Below, in pieces: positions 35,072 to 40,000 of a DNA stretch of 40,000 nucleotides. The translations under genes were made by a program, and so were the position numbers. The DNA is from Vibrio phage vB_VpS_PG07: sequence record MH645904.1; one strand, given 5' to 3'. The notes under the pieces were generated by a model, which worked only from the letters and a program-made list of their open reading frames with translations, made no database searches and was not told where the DNA came from. The stretch's first letter is position 1. Each line of letters starts with the position of its first letter.

Positions 35072-35203
35072 TTTGTTAGTGGCATGCTGCTTCCATGCTC
35101 CGACATATTTATAACCCTTACGGTCTAACGTATGCCACGTGTAGCGCAGACCTCTTTCGATACTTTAAAGACCAGTGAGGCTCTTAACAGGTCTCCTAGA
35201 ATT

Positions 35204-35280
35204 TGGTACTCGCGGAGGGATTCGAACCCACATACCGTAGATTTTAAGTCTACTGCCTATGCCAATTTGACCACGCGAGC
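35204..35280 (-). tRNA. tRNA-Leu(TAA) with short variable loop
   Basis: acceptor GCTCGCG/CGCGAGT, stem GTAGA-CTTAAAA-TCTAC, only 5 nt between anticodon and T arms. Confidence 0.82.
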
Positions 35281-35288
35281 AGAAAATA

Positions 35289-35310
35289 AAAGGGCGATTG
35301 TTCGCCCTTA
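35289..35310 (-). terminator. terminator-like hairpin between two tRNA-Leu genes
   Basis: minus strand AAGGGCGA-ACAA-TCGCCCTTTTATTTT. Confidence 0.6.
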
Positions 35311-35314
35311 AGTT

Positions 35315-35391
35315 TGGTACTCGGGGAGAGACTCGAACTCTCAAAATCTGGGTTCTAAGTCCAGCGCGTATGCCAATTCCACCACCCGAGC
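35315..35391 (-). tRNA. tRNA-Leu(TAG) with short variable loop
   Basis: acceptor GCTCGGG/CCCGAGT, CTGGA-CTTAGAA-CCCAG, 5-nt variable loop. Confidence 0.82.
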
Positions 35392-35398
35392 ATTAAAA

Positions 35399-35446
35399 TG
35401 TATTTTTGACCTAGTACGGAGCTGTAGCGGCTAGGTCAAAAATACA
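35399..35446. repeat. 16-bp perfect inverted repeat with 16-nt loop
   Basis: TGTATTTTTGACCTAG ... CTAGGTCAAAAATACA. Confidence 0.85.
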
Positions 35447-35640
35447 CTTAATTAAAAGACCGGTTAGTGCTGACGTGCCTACCAAGACAATTGAACAGAT
35501 TCACAACTCACAGAGAATGGCCAAGTCCATAACAGAGTAACAATTACACAATAAATATAAAAGCGCATCTGCGTGAACGACACTCATTCTTTAATAGTAA
35601 GCGGTAGAACCCCAACGCTAACCAATCTTTTAAAACTTAC

Positions 35641-36171
35641 TTAGGCATCAATAAAGCCAAACTCTACGAGAATGTTGCTAACCATTTCTGGTAACTCTAC
35701 TTTACCGTTTCCGTTGATGCCTGCGCATGAATCCTTCACACGCTGAATCTGTCGAGTAAGGTTACGAACATCGGCTCGCACTTTGTCTTGAGATTCATTA
35801 GATACGCCTGGGACGTACCTTACTTTGCTGTCTTGGTAGGAGGTAGTCGTTGAGACGTCACCCACACGAGACATGTTTTGTTCCATAAACTGCTTCTGCT
35901 CAGTAAGCATTGCAATTCTGAGGGTACGTTCATTAATACCGTTTTCGATATTAAAGGCCGCCTTCAAGTCGCGTAAAGCGAACTTGGCTATTAGGAGTTT
36001 GTCCATCTTCTCCACTGCTGCACTGATAGCGACTTCTGCAGCTTTGTAGGCATCCTGACGAGTTCCTTGCGTCACTCGTAGTTGCATCCCCAATCGGTCT
36101 TTGATGAACTCGATTTCGTTGTCAATTTCAGACTCTACTCGTGAGACGTCTTTAACTGGCATTTTACGCAT
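35641..36171 (-). CDS. hypothetical protein
   Basis: ORF 176 aa embedded among RNA genes. Confidence 0.7.
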   Translation of the reverse strand: MRKMPVKDVSRVESEIDNEIEFIKDRLGMQLRVTQGTRQDAYKAAEVAISAAVEKMDKLLIAKFALRDLKAAFNIENGINERTLRIAMLTEQKQFMEQNMSRVGDVSTTTSYQDSKVRYVPGVSNESQDKVRADVRNLTRQIQRVKDSCAGINGNGKVELPEMVSNILVEFGFIDA

Positions 36172-37356
36172 TTAGTTTCTCCGTTGTTATAAGTTTCACT
36201 TTGATGAACTATACTCTAGGAGTCCGACGACCCGTAACTTGCCTTATTCAGGCCATACTTGGCAACCGTATCAAAAAGCATAGCTCAAAGTGTCCTCAAA
36301 CGATTCGGCCTGAGATTACAGCCTTAAATGTCCGGTCTTTCACTACCCGTATGTCTTAGGGCTTATCCACCAGTTCTCACTGGTATCCGAACAGCGGTGC
36401 AATATTTAGACTCCATGCTGTGGGAGTGTCATACATGTTTACTCTATCGTTCCATTCCTTCCGAGCTTGCGACCCGTTCGCATCCGCTAAGACGCTAAAT
36501 TCTTTTTCCGATAAAACATATCAGGCTTGCGACCTTCTATGCTCCTAGTTCCTTGAGGGGGCTAGGAATTAACCGCCTTTCAACATGTACCGTGGGGCTC
36601 TTTTGCTTTTGTAAGTTAGTTGTATGAAAACCAAATATTCATAATTACTTCTTTAAGCATTCCCAACTGAGTGTCCCCACAGGAGCCCGTTACCTTTTGG
36701 ATAACCGGATATTCCACTCAGTCATGTCGTTCACGTTCCCGCTACTAAACTCCGTGCAAGATTTAGATTCTTCAACCCAACCTTGTTTTGGTACACACCG
36801 CACTTACATGACTGCTCGCACTAATGTGTTATACGTTAGACTTTCGTTCTTCTTCCAGAGTTGCATCGAGGCTGACGATTGCGGTCGTCATTAGGGTCTT
36901 GGTTATCCCCCTATGTATCCACCGGCATACCTTACCGATGAACCTCGCTCTAGTTTTCTGACCTTTTCTCCCCTTTTCTTTCGGGAAGCCCTAGAGGTAA
37001 ATTATATCTAGGAGTCTCGTACTTTTATCCGTGAACCGTCCGAAGACCGGAGCCACCCTGGGCGGGTAATGACTTTCCTACCTTTCGATAGATTATTCTA
37101 ACGACCAGATACAGCCGAAAATGTACAAGTACACTTTTGTGATTCCCCGTGCGCTGCCTTTCGGCACGGTTTATAGCGGACTTGCTAGAATCCAGAAGTG
37201 AACTTCCGAAGCTCCTAACCCTAAGGTGTCGGCAGCTTTATATATTCCCATTACCAGTGGGCTTCGACCGAGAGTACATATACTAGGCACTCCGTGGGTA
37301 GGCTCTTGCTAGCCATCCCATACCAGAACTGTTGCAAGGCTCTGGTGTCTCTCCTT
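36172..37356 (-). ncRNA. candidate giant structured non-coding RNA region
   Basis: ~1.2 kb without a credible coding region, directly 3' of tRNA-Gln, dense strong hairpins incl. GNRA and UUCG tetraloops; exact RNA ends unknown. Confidence 0.6.
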
Positions 37357-37433
37357 TGGCGGCGGGTGGGGGATTCGAACCCCTGCGACTTTGGAATCAA
37401 AATCCAAGGTTTTACCAATTAAACTAACCCGCT
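37357..37433 (-). tRNA. tRNA-Gln(TTG)
   Basis: TTGGA-TTTTGAT-TCCAA, TTCGAAT, G73, CCA encoded. Confidence 0.85.
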
Positions 37434-37439
37434 ATTGTT

Positions 37440-37519
37440 TGGTCTAAGGCGAGGAATTGAACCTCTTCAAAGCTCTTTCGATACTGTAAACAGTAGCCTG
37501 AACCACAGGCGCACCCAAG
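37440..37519 (-). tRNA. tRNA-like RNA with variable-arm hairpin and abnormal anticodon hairpin
   Basis: minus strand CTTGGGT-GC-GCCT-GTGGTTC-AGGC-TACTG-TTTA-CAGTA-...AAAG-AG-CTTT...-GAGG-TTCAATT-CCTC-GCCTTAG-A-CCA. Confidence 0.4.
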
Positions 37520-37523
37520 AAAT

Positions 37524-37573
37524 TGGAGGGGCTGGATAAAACCCGACTGGTCTAGAAATCCAATCACACCCCC
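37524..37573 (-). pseudogene. 50-nt mini tRNA-like RNA ending in CCA
   Basis: GGGGGTG ... CAGCCCC-T-CCA acceptor with TTGGATTTCTAGACCAG hairpin only. Confidence 0.35.
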
Positions 37574-37722
37574 TAATTTGGGAGGTTTTACGTACCTCGA
37601 TTAAGGCTGTCCTCCTGCGACAAGCTCAACGACTGTTCTGACTTTACAACCGACAGCTCGGTTCTGCCCGCATTATTGAGTTAACAGCTATCTTGGGTGT
37701 TGCTGAACTAACGTCTCAAAAT

Positions 37723-37800
37723 TGGTCGGCACTGTAGGACTCGAACCCACGACCCCTCCGTCCCAAACGGAGCGCTCTAACACTACTGAGCTAAGCACCG
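37723..37800 (-). tRNA. tRNA-Pro(TGG)
   Basis: CGGTGCT/AGTGCCG, CTCCG-TTTGGGA-CGGAG, TTCGAGT, CCA encoded. Confidence 0.92.
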
Positions 37801-37868
37801 GTATATGGTGCGTTGTTACCCTAGTATCCTCGAAGGCTTATTTCTGAATCTACTAGCAACGCATTATT

Positions 37869-37951
37869 TGGCACACGCAGATGGACTCGAACCACCATTT
37901 TCAGCTCCTCTTACGGATAGGGCATTCGTAGTACCCCTCGGCTATGCGTGC
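37869..37951 (-). tRNA. non-canonical tRNA-Arg(ACG)-like RNA without D-arm, long variable region
   Basis: GCACGCA|TAGCCGAG|GGGTA-CTACGAA-TGCCC|TATCCGTAAGAGGAGCTGAAAAT|GGTGG-TTCGAGT-CCATC|TGCGTGT|G|CCA. Confidence 0.5.
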
Positions 37952-37958
37952 ATTAAAT

Positions 37959-38034
37959 TGGTACTGGTAACTGGAGTCGAACCAGCCTTTCTCGATTATC
38001 AGTCGAGCACTTTCCCGCGACAGTGCATACCATT
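37959..38034 (-). tRNA. tRNA-Ile(GAT)
   Basis: CTCGA-CTGATAA-TCGAG, TTCGACT, A73, CCA encoded. Confidence 0.85.
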
Positions 38035-38035
38035 G

Positions 38036-38239
38036 TTATTCATCTTCGTCTTCGTACTCATCGTCGAAGACTGCTATTACGGTTTGGTAATCAAGAGCAC
38101 CGGCGTCGTCATAGACGTATAGTTCTCCGGTTTCTGTGTTAAGAATCTTACTAAAACGAAAATAAAATTCGTTATCGAAACACTGACCTAGGTCAGAATA
38201 TAGTGAGATTTCTTGGCTCTCATTGATAAACACAATCAT
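38036..38239 (-). CDS. small acidic hypothetical protein (start trimmed from 38332)
   Basis: MIVFINESQEISLYSDLGQCFDNEF...; longer ORF would run through tRNA-Gly. Confidence 0.6.
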   Translation of the reverse strand: MIVFINESQEISLYSDLGQCFDNEFYFRFSKILNTETGELYVYDDAGALDYQTVIAVFDDEYEDEDE

Positions 38240-38254
38240 AATAGACTCCAAAAT

Positions 38255-38330
38255 TGGAATGCCTAGGGGGAATCGAACCCCACTCTGCAACGCTTGGAAG
38301 GCGCGCGGCACAACCCGTGTACTTAGGCAC
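38255..38330 (-). tRNA. tRNA-Gly(TCC)
   Basis: GTGCCTA/TAGGCAT, loop CTTCCAA, TTCGATT, T73, CCA encoded. Confidence 0.85.
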
Positions 38331-38336
38331 ATTGTT

Positions 38337-38415
38337 TGGGCGGGAGCAGCGCAGGTATTATAGGCTGTTGATTTAGCCTGCGCTTCTGACGATTACCAGC
38401 TTCTAGGTAACTCCC
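38337..38415 (-). ncRNA. tRNA-sized structured RNA, no recognisable anticodon or T arm
   Basis: GGGAG...CTCCCGCCCA, TACC-TAGAAGCT-GGTA and GCGCAGG...CCTGCGC stems. Confidence 0.4.
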
Positions 38416-38421
38416 ATTGTT

Positions 38422-38517
38422 TGGCGTGGTTTGGGGAATCTAACCCCTGAGCAAATACTATTCCCGCGAGTATTTTCTATAGAGGAGTCGAACCTCTATG
38501 CGCTATAGCAAGACCAC
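38422..38517 (-). tRNA. tRNA-Ser(CGA)-like, unusual loops
   Basis: GTGGTCT/AAACCAC, AGAGG-TTCGACT-CCTCT, variable arm AAATACT/AGTATTT, T-loop TTAGATT, G73, CCA encoded. Confidence 0.5.
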
Positions 38518-38524
38518 TATAATT

Positions 38525-38603
38525 TGGCGCGATGTACGGGATTCGAACCCGTGACCTTCTCCGTGACAGGGAGACATCCTAGACCTGACTAGACCAACAC
38601 CGC
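38525..38603 (-). tRNA. tRNA-Asp(GTC)
   Basis: GCGGTGT/ACATCGC, TCTCC-CTGTCAC-GGAGA, G73, CCA encoded. Confidence 0.9.
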
Positions 38604-38611
38604 ATTGTTCT

Positions 38612-38785
38612 TTACCAGTTTCCAGCATTTATCGCTTTCTTTAAGCGACGTTTGCTGATACCGAATTGTTGTCTAACCGTTTTTAGACTGGCTCCATAAG
38701 CGTAAGCATACAAAGCTGCTTTCATTTTACCACCTTTAGGGATAATCCAACCCATAGAACTAATTACCATAAACTGATTAAACAT
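38612..38785 (-). CDS. small helix-turn-helix-like protein (57 aa), absent from ORF track
   Basis: MFNQFMVISSMGWIIPKGGKMKAALYAYAYGASLKTVRQQFGISKRRLKKAINAGNW; AAGGAAA upstream. Confidence 0.6.
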   Translation of the reverse strand: MFNQFMVISSMGWIIPKGGKMKAALYAYAYGASLKTVRQQFGISKRRLKKAINAGNW

Positions 38786-38816
38786 AAGTTTTCCTTTTCT
38801 CTCAATTTCTAAAGTT

Positions 38817-38845
38817 ATTATAGCAATAATAAACTCGTTAGGCTA
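38817..38845 (-). promoter_or_regulatory. promoter-like element with TATAAT core
   Basis: minus strand TAGCCT-N17-TATAAT. Confidence 0.5.
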
Positions 38846-38863
38846 TTGAAAGTTTTCGTAATT

Positions 38864-38940
38864 TGGCGGAGACAGGTGGACTCGAACCACCGACCAGCAA
38901 CTTAACAGGATGCCACTCTAACCAACTGAGTTATGTCCCC
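38864..38940 (-). tRNA. tRNA-Asn(GTT)
   Basis: GGGGACA/TGTCTCC, loop CTGTTAA, TTCGAGT, G73, CCA encoded. Confidence 0.9.
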
Positions 38941-38945
38941 AAATT

Positions 38946-39035
38946 TGGTGCCGCAACTAGGAATCGAACCTAGGGAGCCACTTTCGTGACACGGGGTCTA
39001 CAATCCCGCCGTCCTCCATAGACGTTTATTACGAC
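38946..39035 (-). tRNA. tRNA-Tyr(GTA)
   Basis: GTCGTAA/TTGCGGC, CGGGA-TTGTAGA-CCCCG, variable hairpin CAC-GAAA-GTG, TTCGATT, CCA encoded. Confidence 0.75.
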
Positions 39036-39175
39036 GGTAATTTGGTACTCCTGGCATGGCAGAAGATTTTAGTAGAATCTGTCGCATCTACTTTGCCTCT
39101 CCAGTACTACTCTATCTTAAACCTTACATTAAGGCGGAACCGTAGTTCTATTGGTTTATGTACTAGCAGATAGTT

Positions 39176-39251
39176 TGGTGGAATCTGAGGGACTCGAACC
39201 CTCGACCTGAGCCTTGCAAAGACCCTGCTCTCCCAACTGAGCTAAGACCCC
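39176..39251 (-). tRNA. tRNA-Ala(TGC)
   Basis: GGGGTCT/AGATTCC with G3:U70 identity pair, loop TTTGCAA, CCA encoded. Confidence 0.92.
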
Positions 39252-39427
39252 GAAATCTCTTTGATGAAAGCTGTCGTCCAAACCGGTTACAGACAACGTG
39301 AACTCCGACTCTTTCGCATACAGGTTTGCGCGTTGAGGGTGCCCTGAGGATTTCAGCAGTGTTATACCCACATTTAGCTGCTATCGTCTTTGTTCGCTTT
39401 CTCGAAGAAATCTCAATTTGTTTGATT

Positions 39428-39456
39428 ATTATATCAATTTCCTGTGTCTCAGGCAA
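39428..39456 (-). promoter_or_regulatory. sigma70-like promoter TTGCCT-N17-TATAAT
   Basis: minus strand TTGCCTGAGACACAGGAAATTGATATAATAATC, upstream of tRNA-Ala. Confidence 0.65.
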
Positions 39457-39670
39457 TTGATTTTTTAAATTTCTTTAGCTTAACACCCTAAGCTCCGCGT
39501 TACTCTCGTGGGTTTCACAAGGTATCTCAAAGCCCTCTTTTACACCATCGGAGTTGCTATCTCCAAGACATCCGCCACCTTGTCATCTCCCTGTCTTCGG
39601 GCGTGTTTTCTAGCGCTGGCACGAGTTCAGAATGTTAACTAAAGAAATCTAAGTAGACCTCTTTAGAATA

Positions 39671-39745
39671 TGGTACTCGGTGCGGGAGTCGAACCCGCCC
39701 TCTCAGGTTGAAAACCTGATGACCTAACCGATAGTCGAACCGAGC
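39671..39745 (-). tRNA. tRNA-Glu(TTC)
   Basis: GCTCGGT/ACCGAGT, TCAGG-TTTTCAA-CCTGA, TTCGACT, CCA encoded. Confidence 0.88.
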
Positions 39746-39972
39746 ATTTGTTTTAATTCATCTAAGGGCATCTGTACCCACTCATGTGAGAAAGAGCTGT
39801 TACTATGAAAGTCTTTTTCTCTAGCTACATAGTCTATGCAGGGTAGATACCATTCTAGTTTAAAGTCCCGAAACGGGGTTCCTGTCTGGTAGTTAAGTAG
39901 TCTTGTTTCCGCATCCTTTGCCGCACCTACTTTATACCATCCAGGGTACGCTGGGTTTGACACTATATACAC
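39724..39972 (-). CDS. GIY-YIG / T5orf172-like domain protein
   Basis: MYIVSNPAYPGWYKVGAAKDAETRLLNYQTGTPFRDFKLEW; 3' end overlaps tRNA-Glu. Confidence 0.65.
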   Translation of the reverse strand: MYIVSNPAYPGWYKVGAAKDAETRLLNYQTGTPFRDFKLEWYLPCIDYVAREKDFHSNSSFSHEWVQMPLDELKQMLGSTIG

Positions 39973-40000
39973 GTAACCTATGTGATTGGGTATGGAGTGT

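Noticed and set aside
267-35352. Remaining plus-strand ORFs in the track (e.g. 267..536, 10168..10488, 22441..22695, 28108..28311)
   Set aside because: All lie antisense to better-supported minus-strand genes and show no motif or operon context.
36697-36894. 65-aa plus-strand ORF inside the ncRNA candidate
   Set aside because: Wrong strand, no RBS seen, low-complexity-like composition; does not argue for coding.
36172-37356. Group I intron
   Set aside because: No recognisable P/Q/R/S core or intron endonuclease found by eye and it does not interrupt a gene; a covariance search is still needed.
36172-37356. rRNA-like fragment
   Set aside because: No conserved 16S/23S signature stretches recognised.
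37805-38122. 105-aa plus-strand ORF
   Set aside because: Lies antisense across tRNA-like Arg, tRNA-Ile and a minus-strand gene; opposite to every supported gene.
38240-38332. N-terminal extension of ORF 38036..38332
   Set aside because: Overlaps tRNA-Gly and reads its sequence (FQALQSGVRFPLGI); start moved to 38239.
39163-39456. 97-aa minus-strand ORF
   Set aside because: Its C-terminal half (GLSSVGRAGSLQGSGRGFESLRFHQ) is simply the translation of tRNA-Ala and its acceptor region; classic spurious ORF.
1-40000. CRISPR array
   Set aside because: No regularly spaced direct repeats seen; the recurring AT-rich blocks are single promoter copies at gene boundaries.

Overview
This window is accessory/early-region DNA from a large tailed phage. 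It looks like a T5-like (Demerecviridae-type) phage of a marine gammaproteobacterium such as Vibrio; that placement is inferred from gene content, not from a search. Essentially every supported gene is on the minus strand. Positions 1-27.6 kb hold many small hypothetical genes plus recognisable functions: RNase H-like, spanin pair, calcineurin-type phosphoesterases, P-loop kinase, HAD protein, SLOG protein, RNA ligase, Mesh1/SpoT-like HD protein, nicotinamide phosphoribosyltransferase (NadV), NMN adenylyltransferase-Nudix, holin-like protein, SPFH/Band-7 lipoprotein, redoxin, M15 endolysin, ClpP-like protease and dNMP kinase. Positions 27.6-39.8 kb are a large tRNA locus. I can fold about 19 near-canonical tRNAs there, plus an unusual set of CCA-terminated tRNA-like RNAs that lack D-arms, anticodon loops or long variable arms. 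The strongest candidate for an undescribed system is a ~1.2 kb hairpin-rich block with no credible coding region (about 36172-37356), which resembles in size and context the giant ornate phage RNAs (GOLLD/ROOL type). Other points of note are a recurrent A31*C39 mismatch in five tRNAs, leucine tRNAs with short variable loops, a family of near-identical sigma70-type promoters often fused to terminators, and a likely NAD+ salvage/anti-defence module. All folding and alignment was done by eye; no database search or computation was run.
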